Source: Tubiluchus corallicola (taxonomy: Eukaryota; Animalia; Priapulida). From it: a DNA stretch of 64,000 bases. Of this stretch, positions 1 through 48,733 are shown one piece after another. The stretch lies in contig JAQGDQ010000066.1 in NCBI GenBank assembly GCA_030141605.1, positions 248,001 to 312,000 on the forward strand, written 5' to 3'. The notes below the pieces were generated by a model. That model was not told the DNA's origin, searched no databases, and saw only the letters and a list, made by a program, of their open reading frames with translations. Positions within the stretch are counted from its first letter, which is position 1. The number at the start of each line of letters is the position of its first letter. Both the position numbers and the translations under genes were made by a program.

Positions 1-98
1 TTGCCTGAAAACTCCGAGAACTTCAGTTTAATGCGAAACTTTTACTGATGTACAATAACTGATGAATTAAATGTATAGCTTCTTAAGTGGCCCTTACG

Positions 99-279
99 TA
101 GCATGCGGAATGCGCATGCGTTACAAGAGTTCGGAATAGATAAAGTCGGTTTATAACTTTATATTGTTTTCAATGCACCTGTTTATCAGACTTGCGTTTT
201 GCGTTATTTTTTCTGCAGTTATTTTCTGTTGATTTTTTTTTATTCCGCAGTGTATAACGCATACGCATTCCGCATGCTA
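99..279. mobile_element. MITE-like inverted-repeat element
   Basis: Arm 99-123 TAGCATGCGGAATGCGCATGCGTTA is the reverse complement (1 mismatch) of arm 255-279. The spacer is T-rich. No clear TSD. Confidence 0.5.
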
Positions 280-775
280 GGAAGTTGAGTGTACGAATTC
301 ATTCGTGAATGTCCCTGATCGACGTTAGTATTTAGTATGATATTTTAAGAAAGAAAGACTAATAATTATGGCTATAAATATTTTATTTTCGTACTTATTA
401 ATGGCACGCGCGCTGAATAGCTACTGAGTAATAAGCGGTTACGCTAATTGTAATATGTGCGAACAATAAGCTGCATATATTATGCATTAAGATCCTGGCG
501 CAGATAATTATACAGGCAGAATTTCAGCTTAGTAAAATCGGACTTTTTTATTGGTATAACATCAAGGTTTTTGTGGGCGTAGTTTAGAAATAAAGTTTGA
601 GCTTGAGTTGTAGAAGCAGTAATACGGCTAATATGATACTTAAATCAATTTCTTATTAAGGTTTGCTTTGATATAGTGTGAAGGTACAGCGTACTTATGA
701 GGTGTTTTTATGAGGATTCATTGGATTATATAATTACACGGATTTCGTGAAAAGGAGTCTTGAATTTTCGTGCAG

Positions 776-890
776 GACCTGCTGCTCCGTCCGCGTGTTA
801 TTTCAGTGAATACCTAATCACAGGTGTAGCAGTTGTATTGATTCAGATGTTATAAGTATTGATCGCTCGAGTAACGAAGGTGTAACAACT
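776..890 (+). other. candidate non-coding 5'UTR exon of PMCA
   Basis: TTTTCGTGCAG acceptor ends at 775 and a GTAAGT donor starts at 891. The first coding exon begins at an acceptor (7432), so an upstream UTR exon must exist, but this assignment is unproven. Confidence 0.3.
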
Positions 891-3121
891 GTAAGTAATT
901 GTTCTCACAATCGAGGTGCCATTGCGAGCTAATGTTCCGAACTTCCAAACGTAATGTACGCCATATCGATCAGCCGATTATGAGCCGAGCTAATTTTAAT
1001 TCTCGTGCAACGTTAAACTAATGCATTTATAACGTTTTGTATACGTGTTTTGGCATCTGCACTATTCAAAGTGGTAATTTAGCGTACTGCTTGATCATAT
1101 TTTTAACTGACAGCGCCACTGTTTGTACTAACCAATGTGGCCATCTACAAACTTGAGTTATTGTGAATTAAGTCCAAAAACTGTTTAAAAGCCTTTGTAA
1201 ATTTGCCCGAATCTGTTATTTCAGTTACGAAATTGTTAATTAATTAACTTTTATCCGCGAGCGCTAACGTTATTATTTATTATATTAGGCATCTATTTTC
1301 CACTTTTTAACTTGCAAACGCAGAGGGCTAAAGTAACCAAACTTGCAGGGTAGAGACACCTGGTATAGGGTCCTTGAATTTTTTGTCAGGTTTTTGGCAT
1401 TCAACTCCTCCTAGGCTGAGTTAATTTCAGTTTTTTCATAGGTATTTAGGCATTGGGGGATAATGTACGCGTTTTAATCCGCGAGTAGCGCGAATTGCAA
1501 GAGAACTTATTGTTAGTCATCTAGCCCGAGTACGCACCGAGTTTTTGAGATATTAACAAGAGTTAGCCACACTCGACTAGATATTGTCGGATGTAAACAC
1601 TATCTTGTTTATAATGAAACTCTGTTCTTCTTGTACCTGTATATTGAAATCTTGATCTGAATTTTGTACTGATATTATATAACATTTTAACTAATTAAGA
1701 AGCATCATTCTATAGTCGTGGCAAAAGAATTGAGCAGTTTGATGAAATTGCAATACATGCACAATGCAATTTCAGTATGTTTGCAAACTAAGTGTAGCTG
1801 GTGGCTAACTGGCATGAAATTTATCAAATTATCAGGGAGATTCGTAGCTGAATTTTAACAGCTCTTTTTCACTTTTTAACTGTCGAGGCCAAGAAGTTGT
1901 ACAGAGGCAGGTCCTGATAGCAGTTGGCACTTACTACTAATACAATTATATGTACATCTGTGTTGTCAAAATTAGCGTTGTTTTCAAAGATAAACTCATT
2001 TTGACAGTCGTGATGTTGATTCCGTGAATCTGGGATTAATTTTCCTTTCGATCTCGAAATCCTTAAATTAAGAAGAATCTCTGTCCTAAGTCGTAAGCGT
2101 AGATGTATTATACTTGGAAGCATTTTTGTGTGGCGGTATTTGTATTTAAATAACTTTTAAATAAAACTGTAAGGGCACTGACAATTGAAATTTGTAATTG
2201 GTAATTTATTACTAAAATTCATATTACGTTTTTCATTTTGCCTTTCAATGGCAAATTAATCTTATCTGTACAAAAGTCAATCCACGCGGTAATGGTAGTA
2301 CGCTTGGACGCTTTAACTGGCTCTTTTAATTATGTGATGTACATATGTCCATTGTGCAAGCTATTTTAATTATGTGGTCTACATAACCTCATTTCAGGCT
2401 GCCAAGCACTGGGTGTATGATATCTCCTTCAAAAGGAACATAATCAATTAAAGAATGCGTGCTTGCCTTTTGAAGCCATTCTGAATTTCTCTGCGCTGAC
2501 GTCATCTAGCAATCGCCGACTGCAGAAAAACCGCAGATTGCGTTTGCCTTTGTGCTGTAGCGTGTATTACTTGTTCAATAATGCGATCATATATACATGT
2601 GTGGCGGATTGCGGCCGGCTTCTGTCATCTGGTAGACAATCTGAATCGATGATCATACAGGTCGATTTATTATAGATTTTTTTCACGTGAATAACGAATC
2701 GTGTGTAACATGAAAATGCTAACCATGTAAGCTTGTTTGCTGTTATGAAGCCAATTGTTACAAAGCCACACATTACTCTTGTGAGCCGATATCGAACACG
2801 CTTTAAGCAAGAAAAAACTCTAAGCAGGTTATACTGAACTTTCTAATGAGTAACTACAACTGTAAACTATTAATTTAGCTACTGATTTCTAGTGGGGTAT
2901 CTAAAGCAGTGTGCTACTTTTACCTGTATGAACTGTGCCCAGTCTAATTCTTTTGCTAATCGTCAGTGTATATATGGATGCTTTCGTGACAGTTGATGGT
3001 CATTAGATAGATGATATGAGTTAGTGTGGAACATGCTACATTAATAATCTTGTCATGGAGATAATTAATGTTGAACTGAAAATAAGTTTGAATTAAAGTA
3101 GAGGAAGTATAGTGTTTTGGC

Positions 3122-3235
3122 TGTATTGTATTGTCTTGTATTCTAAGGTGTGTATTGTATTGTATTGTAATGTATTGTATTGTATTTTATTGTGTTGTGT
3201 TATGTTATTTTATGTTATGTTATGTTGTTATGTTA
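3122..3235. repeat. degenerate (TTGTA/TTATG)n pentanucleotide microsatellite
   Basis: Visible TGTAT/TGTTA iterations. Confidence 0.75.
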
Positions 3236-3252
3236 AATTATAGTATATATTA

Positions 3253-3950
<698 letters not shown>

Positions 3951-4469
3951 TGCAACTGTTTGGGCATGTTGGGAAAAAATAAGCAGACTCGCAGAAAGAG
4001 GACGAAACGCTCTATAAAATGCTATGGCATCATTGGGAGAAAGAGGTCCACCAACGGAAATGGGAAGGGTGTATTTCGAAGTTCTTTTTCTACCCCCCTG
4101 TGCTGCACGCTTTTTGGAACATCCATTGTCTTTGAGTTTGAGAAATTTTGCGGCTGTTCCAGGCATTTTTTTGTCACCCACCGTTCTACAGTAGTATAGA
4201 TTATACATGTAAGTAAGTTGTGTTAGCCTAATTATAATCAGAGAAACAGCAAACAAAACTATGTAGATTGTCCGTGCATTATTGATCATTACTCGAGACA
4301 GACTAAGAGCATTTATTTTAGCACACAGTTTCAACTTTGTGCAAAATGTTTTGCATGGTTTTGCTGTGATGCTGTACTGTTGGTGCTGGTGCTGAAGGTG
4401 TCGTCATCGTTGTCATCATCATCGCCATCGTCTTCAACAATACGATCACTGTGTGATGTTGTGGATTTA

Positions 4470-4815
4470 ATGTGGCGGGTGTGGTGAGAGTGCTGTGGGT
4501 GTTGTGTTGTGGGGTGGTAGGGTGTGTATGGTTTGGTGGAGTGGCGTGGTGGGTGTGGTGTAGTGTGGTCTGGGTGGTGTGGTGAGGTATTGATAGCGTG
4601 GTGTGAGTGATATGGTTCGGATAATGTGGTAGGGTGATAGGGTGTTGGTGCTGTTGAGGTAGTTTAGTGGGTGTGTTGATGTTGCGGCATGGTGTGGTGT
4701 GGGTGGTGTATTGTGAGTGGAGTTGTGCGTTGGTTTGGTGCGTGTGCGGGTGGTGCGTTATGAGTAGGGTGGTGGGTGGTTGTGTGGGTGTGGTGTGGTG
4801 TGGGTTGTTGTTGTG
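4470..4815. repeat. GT-rich degenerate (GTGTG/GGTGT)n low-complexity tract
   Basis: Almost entirely G/T with GTGTG-type iterations. Confidence 0.8.
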
Positions 4816-4860
4816 AGTTTATGTGCAAAATCCTTTTTGTGAGGTTTGGTTAGTCTATAT

Positions 4861-5220
4861 ATTAATTTCGGTGGTATGTTATAACAGTTATATATATACA
4901 TATAAGATTCGAAGCTACAGCTTGGACGGCGGCGGCACCATTTGCGGCGATCTATATATCAAAGGTCTCGATCTAGTGTGGTCGCACTGGGGTTGATTTT
5001 TCGAATAGGCCGTTTTTCGCAAAACTTAAACCTCTTATTTCAGGAGAATGGGAATGGGTCATGGGTGGTGCTGGCTATGGATAGATGGTCCGTTCAGCGC
5101 TGGGTGTAGTAGGCATATTTAGAATTCACAAAAGGGTCACGGCACCACGCAACGGGCGTTTTCCCGGACCCAACTCTCGATTTTTCCGAAATCTTGGCCA
5201 AACCGCCTGTAGAAAAAACG
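4861..5220. mobile_element. non-autonomous interspersed repeat, copy 2 (diverged)
   Basis: Colinear similarity blocks with 3253-3950, lacking the long microsatellite. The right boundary is approximate. Confidence 0.6.
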
Positions 5221-5579
5221 TTCTAGCGGCGCCTGGTGGGACTCTCGAAAGAAGATATATTGCTCTTTAGAAAGAGGATAAGCAGGGCTACACGCTGATA
5301 TGAGCTGTATTTTAGGACACTTTCTTCCTGAGGAGCTGTGACGAGTTGATTGGGAGGTTCCATTTCGCAATATTTTCGCTTGGAAAACTGCCGACACAAT
5401 GGCATTGTTCTGGCGCCATTCATTATACACTGCTTATAATCTTATGACTTTATTTCAGTAAAAGCTACTGGCTTTGCATTATAAATGAGGACTATGTAGG
5501 ATGTTCGCGTATTTTTGATTATAAGTGTATTTATACGCAAACTTTCTTGCGGGTCTTTGCTAGTATTATATTAATTTAT

Positions 5580-5855
5580 ATATCATATCATATCATATCA
5601 TATCATATCATATCATATCATATCATATCATATCATATCATATCATATCATATCATATCATATCATATCATATCATATCATATCATATCATATCATATCA
5701 TATCATATCATATCATCATATCATATCATATCATATCATATCATATCATATCATATCATATCATATCATATCATATCATATCATATCATATCATATCATA
5801 TCATATCATATCATATCATATCATATCATATCATATCATATCATATCATATCATA
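5580..5855. repeat. (ATCAT)n pentanucleotide microsatellite
   Basis: Near-perfect ATATC repeat with one phase slip near 5715. Confidence 0.98.
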
Positions 5856-7457
5856 GCATATATAATATTATATATACATTTTTCTATTGTGATTTACCTA
5901 GATTAGGTTCTTGCAATTCTGCAGTCATCGGAGATTTTAATGGCGTACCTCAGGGACAGTCATGAGCCCATTAGTGTCTGTAGTTTATACGTGAAATTTA
6001 AAGAAGCATTACTTCGTCGTACTCTTCACTTCTTACGAAGACAGTCTTGAAAGACTCGACGGAACAATGATAATCTAATATAAACTAATCTAATCTAATT
6101 TAGTAGTTACTGCATGCTAATTTTCGTATACAGTAACAAAATATCATATTTAAAAACCGATATTAAATACTAAAGGAGTCTTTAGTAGACTGTATCTTTA
6201 AACAAAGGTAGTAATAAAACTGGTTCTGGTACTGTCTGTTAGTATAGCCGCTTTATTAAATTTGCCTTGCTTCGCTCACGCAAACTGCTGTGAAGATATT
6301 GTGTCACTACATGCATTACGTCATTCAGTACTGTTTGAATTATTTATTTACTTTTAAACGATTTGCTGACAGTGCAATGTGCATGCTAGTGGCTATATGA
6401 GCTAAAAAATTTTAATTTAGAATTTGCCTAAAGTGTCACCACGCAGAACGCTTGTGAAGCGTTCTTAATATTGAATGTTTAATTTTGTTTGCTGTGGGGT
6501 TTCATTTTCTCGCGTTGTATTAAAGCTGGAAACGCTTTTATTACTAACTTGGCTTCGGGCTGCGTAGAGTGTTTGTGTCATATTAGTCACCGGTTTTTGA
6601 AGAAGTGCGACATGAATCGTAAAAATTGTTATCTTCTAAATCAGTTCGAATTGTCGCTGTTTGCTTATATAAGAACAACATCTGATTCAACATGCAAGAA
6701 GGTTAGGTAATGTTGCAAAGTGTTCACATTTAGTTGTAAAAGACTTGCCCCTGAGTGTGACATCAAACTGAAAAAAAACGTAATTGATCGTCTTGTCTGA
6801 ATACTCTCTATTTGATATCAAGAATGTTTGCTGCCGGTGGTATGATTTGTACCAGTAGAATAAATACAGCCTACGATTCATTTTGAAACTTATGGCTCCT
6901 TTATATTATTATTTTTGCAAGTTAAATGTGACGAGTCGATATCGATAAAATACCAGCTGCATCACCCTAAACAGATAGTATATAAACATTTTTTAGATTT
7001 GTAGTTTTCAGTTTTACTCCTTGTCATCACCGTTCGTTTGTTTGTTTGTCCGTTAGCAAGATCTTGCAGGAAATAAGTCGTTAGAGAGAAATGCATGAAA
7101 CAAAGGCGAACGTATTAAACTTTGATACTGATTTAGCTTGTTTAAGGATTGTTCGGCTTTGGTTTAAGTCTGTCCTCTGTTGGATTCCACTCTAGTTTCA
7201 CTATGCTTTTTGTTCACTATTTCTTCCATACTGTTAGGTCCTAAAGACTTAAACGATCATGCAAGGTATATGAACAATGGGATGTAGGTGATATTTTATC
7301 GTTTAACTTTTACGTTGTCACTATTAATGATGCTACTTACGTGAACACCATTTCCACGTGCACGGTGTAACTAATTTATATACCTTTCAAGCTCTATTCG
7401 GGATATTCATTGTTTTTTAATATTTTTTCAGAAATCGGCTAGCAGCTAATCGTGAAG

Positions 7458-43643
<36,186 letters not shown>

Positions 43644-46233
43644 ATACTGATTAAATTTGAATCAGTAATGGCCGTAAAGCATTGCCCTGGGGCATACCAT
43701 GAAAAACGGCACTATGCCCATTCGCTTTTTTAAAAAGCATTTGAAAGGAAGACGAACTGCAAAGAATACTTAATGTTTAAATAAAAGTTTATTTAAGGGC
43801 AATTTTTGCAAACTCACAGCTTATAGGTACAGGTCAAGTAAAGACATTTTTGAGAAGTCTTGAATGATGTAACACTCACATAACTCAAGTTTTTATCCAT
43901 TCTGTAGATCAAGTGATTATGTAGACTTTAGAGGTGTATAAATTGTTTGCAGCGCCTGTTTTTTCATTAGAAAGCCATTAAGGATATAATTTTATAAAAT
44001 AAAATTGTTGCAGTGTGAGTTCATAGAATCTCTTTTTTACTTCAGGATATTTTATTACTTGAGTGAAACTGTTTTGTCGATGTTTAAGGCGTTTCACCTG
44101 TAAAATAGGATGTTTGCATATATTATATAATTATTTGGCTATAATTTAAGCAATGACAGCTAAAACATGAAGTAGAATAAAACTGAATCATTTAAAATGA
44201 TCAGAATTTAAAAAAAGTGATTCACCAAATTACATAGTGTAATTACTAGTTTGTTTGTACCATGCCATATGTTGGAGGCTTCTGAGTTGTGTTTCTTGCT
44301 CAATAACTGCTATTCTGTCCATATTCTCATAGATGTTTGTGTAGGTTATAATAAACAATGGAGCCATTGCAACAGATTAGTTGATTACCTAGTCAGTGAA
44401 TCCCAAAGTTCTTACACTCGTCAGCTTTTTGAGTCCTAGTCATTTGTGTATTAAGCTGTTTAGTAAATTGTGTAGCATATTTAGCATTATTCTATGTCAG
44501 TGGCTGCTGATTATTGGCAACTAATTGTTGCAGTCTAGTTTAAGAAGAGTTTGAATGTTTGTAGAATGCATTTTATGATTTTTCTAGCATAAAAATCATG
44601 TGAGGTTTTTTCTACCTAAACAGTTTAAAATTTTCCCAAACCTCAAAGATTTCTTTATATAGATTGCTTATAGTAAGCATGCAAGTTATAAATTGCCAAA
44701 ATTGAATTTACATCACTGACTTCTAAATGAAATAAATTATTTTCAACTTTTTTTAAATTTTACATTAAACTTTCCATAAGTAGGCCAGTGTATATATACT
44801 TATATACATATGGTGATGTGTATGTATATACACTGTCACCAAGTCTTTAATGTAAAAACTTTATTTACTTAAATTAAGTTGTGCCATGAGTACCTAGAGT
44901 TTACTGAGTTAGTTTATTGTATATGTAAATCACGCTGGAGGTACCAGTGACTGGGTTGACATTTCACATTTTGTAAATAATTAATGAAAAACTGTGGCGC
45001 TGTTAACTAATTATGTCATGGGGAATTATAATTATGGTCTGTATTGTTATCATTTTTGAGACTATTTACTTAAGTGTTTTCTCACTATTTATTACTATTA
45101 TTATTATTACTATTATTATCATTATTAGTTAATTATTATTAACGATAATATTATTAGTACTACATACGAGTCTTCATTGTTGTTGTCACGTAAAATTTTA
45201 CGTAAGTATTGCTTCTGATACGGCTATCAGTGTGGTGGGCCTAATTAGCACTAGATCGTAATATACATGTATTAAGTTAATAGTACACTTACGTGGGTAG
45301 ACCTGCAGCACAGAAAAACAAACCTTGATATTTTCAATCCTGTGGCTACTTTGTTTATCACGTTTAGCACAGGAACACATCAGGTTTAAATTTGTTTTTT
45401 CATGTTTGCATTGGATCTATGTATGGTGTACAGTTCGACTTTTGCATGTAATATAATGTGGTCTATGTTTTATGCCAATGTTAGTAGTTCTAGAGATATT
45501 TTATTGCTTGTTATGTAGGTAGTCAGCTGGTCTAGTCATCGTGATGCCAAGTACATAAATTATGTAAGTTATGAAATTAACTAACACGTGCAAATAGTGA
45601 GATTTAGTCAAAATTGTATTGTCCTAATACAAAGGTAGTCAGTGATTGATTAAAACAGTTAATAAATTTGATTGGTAAAAATAATTTGTGTATGTGTTGT
45701 CAGCTAGTGTTAAATTAATTTAATTGGTAATTGCCGAGTGCCACAAATGTGCATCAAACTCTCCTAAATAGTGATCGCTTTACGTATGGTTAAGGAGTAC
45801 CCTCTGCTTTTTTACTGGCCGTTAGACACTGGTTAGTTCTTGTCTTTAGTATGGCCTAGTACTGCATGTGTAGTAAAACTATACTTAATTGTTGTGCTAC
45901 GTTATCTGAGTAGTTCTCATTTTCCACAAAAAGGCGGCATTGTGATTTATACATAAATGACCCTATAATAGGGGAAACTATATGTTACCATACACTGTAC
46001 TGTTGTAAATACTAATTATTCCAAGCTTCTTAAACCGTAATGCCCCTTCTCCCCATTTGCACCAGCTTTTGGAGTGTTAAGTATAATGTATCATAGTCTT
46101 TCTTGTTGTTATTATTACATCAGCCGCTAATTAATTAATAGCAGTTAATTAGGTATTTTACACTTTTCTCACTGCTGTGGTTTTTGTTTTGAATTGATGT
46201 TGCCTTATGTTATCATTTTCAAGGTTTGAAATG

Positions 46234-46239
46234 AATAAA
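46234..46239 (+). terminator. candidate distal poly(A) signal for PMCA exon B 3'UTR
   Basis: AATAAA followed by T-rich sequence. Other AATAAA hexamers lie upstream, so the assignment is tentative. Confidence 0.3.
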
Positions 46240-46939
46240 GGCGAGTTGTTATCCAATTTCAGATTTATTTAGCTTTTAATGTTAAATTTTATCTATCTGT
46301 TTATTTATTTATTGTAGTAATAAGAACTTTATTTGCAATGTAACTACAAAACTTTTTCACTAAATTCACACAAATGAAAAGCAATATCTTAGAAGATGTA
46401 TTTTAACCCAGGATTGTATTAAAAATATCATAAATAACGAGGTTATTGAGGCCAGAGGCTCAGAAAATCAATAATGACAAACTATTTATAATTTTGTGTG
46501 ATAGTTTTTTCTCATGTCATTTACTAGGATCACCTGAAGTATTCTGAAAGTCACGTGTTTGAATTAGATTGGTCTATATAGACGAGCTTTTGATACAGGC
46601 TGACACTCACTGTACACGTAGGTTTTTACACTATGTATTTTTTGCATCGCTAGGTGCTCATTGTTAATTTTCTCTAATTTTTAACTTAACATATTCAGTG
46701 AACAGGAATTTAGTAATGCTCAGTTGCTTTAGGAACTAAATTTAGTTATGCAGGGTATGCATGTCTGTTGTATAAAATCATATCAACAGGCATGTAACAT
46801 TGTGACTAGTTTATATCGGATGTCGCAGAAAAAATGTGTCAAAGTTTAGACTACAAAAATATTAGAAACAGGTCTCATCCAAATATTACAGTACTTTAAC
46901 ATATGCTTGTGAGCTTTGGTAGCGATGATTTTGTGGTGA

Positions 46940-47100
46940 TAATGATGAGATGTTGAATGTAGTGATGACTGAACAGCGCTAACGATGACGATTACTTGTA
47001 ACGTAATCATGGCTATGATGACGGTGGCAAGCACGGCAGTGACTATGACGATGAGTACAATGATGATAATAATAACAGTGGTGACGATTGGCAATGAGAA
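46940..47100. repeat. degenerate (GAT)n trinucleotide tract
   Basis: GAT/GAC/AAT iterations. Confidence 0.65.
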
Positions 47101-48733
47101 TGAGCATTCTGCAATGATGTATGTTTACACTCATAACAAACACACTGGCTTTTGGGTTTTACTTTTTCTACTTCAGTTATCGAGCTCACATCTACGCGTT
47201 GTTGGAAGTATTACTAATAAGCTAATTAGATTACTATAGTCACTTATTTAAGTGCATTTAATATGAATTTGATATGAAAACATCTATTGAAGGTTTCATT
47301 TAATAACGGCCACATTCTTTAGATGCTTTTTTGGGACTAGCATAAATTTGCCAAGTTTAATTCTCTTAATTTTTTTTCGATAAGTTACAGGGCCAAAGGT
47401 CAGATAATTTTGGCGAAATAGCCACACGTGTCTTTCTATGTCCTTCAGAAATCTTTTGAAAAAAGGGGTATGTGACAAACTTTCCGTGGTTGACTGCGCT
47501 ATTTTTTAGATAAAACGAACAGCCAAGACTATAGTTTTATCCAGGATATTATTATTTATATTAAATAATAATAAATAATAAATATACTGCAATAAAGTTA
47601 ATTTATATAATTATTAAGCGCAGGACTGCGTTGAGAAACACGCTGGTAAATAAAAAGAAATCTAACGCTTGGTAAATACGTAAAAATGGCTAGAAAGTAC
47701 CTGCGAGCTACAATTGAAAAAACGATTTTTAGTCCTGTCTACTGTGCTCTAATGGACAGTGGATATAAGTTTGATTTGTATTTCCATCAAAGTATATTAT
47801 TCGATTGTGACAATATGAAATACATTTTAAAAAATGTATATATAGCAACTAACAAATTATTTTAAAGACGCAAAGCCTCACCAAATAATTGGAAAATATG
47901 CTAAGAACTCGTTTTTAGTTGTTAATTATTTATATTATAATCCTTTAATAAGAGTACACATTTTCTTTTATAAGACAATAAGACACACAACGTGCTTTAC
48001 ATACATTGATATCAAAGAGGCAAGTTCTTAATTCATAGCCTATACTCGGTACTTATACGAGGTAGAACAGTGAGGTAGTATAGTAACTTGAGCTTCAATG
48101 GTAGCAAATCTGTTCTAGAATGTAAAATGTTTTAGACATTGCTTGAACGTACTAAAATTGTATCGCGATCAAGTAATAAAAGTAAAATTTGTACAAAATA
48201 TAATTAAAATATCTCAAAAATTATAATGCATTTGTACAACGTTTTCGTGCACAACTAGTGTGAAACCAACAACACGAGACAATACGTTATTACTAGTAAT
48301 GACGTAATTCAAATCTATACTACTTTCGATACTCAATGTGGTTAAAACAATGATTGTGTAGGCACGTGTTTTTAATTAAGCATTCGAGTTGTTTTGAGTT
48401 CTCCAGATTCAATCAAAGTTAAAATGTTTCTGTACACCTTTAGTAACAATAATAGCTTAAAAAGCTTATCTTTTACCACGTGGTTTCGTGCATTTAACAA
48501 GAATTACGTGTGCTCGTTAATACGCAATTAAGCAGATCTACGATTAAATGACTTGGTGTCAAGTCGCTATAATCCGTAAATACTGTGCAATTGATCAGAT
48601 TATGACTGTGATACTACTAACTTTTTGGCTACACAAATAAATAAAAGCATAGAGGCCATTCGGTATATATTAAAGACATTTGCACTTTAGTACACTGGCT
48701 GACGTCAAATGTCTATATACAATCTTTGACTAT

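Noticed and set aside
1250-1520. Possible Helentron/HINE-like element with ATCCGCGAG near both ends
   Set aside because: Only a general resemblance. No second copy or defined termini in the window.
46846-47239. Hydrophobic Ile/Val- or Met/Thr-rich ORFs resembling TM segments
   Set aside because: Products of a degenerate GAT/CAT trinucleotide tract.
46234-48733. Possible overlap of convergent 3'UTRs of PMCA and protein 1
   Set aside because: AATAAA/ATTAAA hexamers are too common in this AT-rich DNA to place either 3' end.
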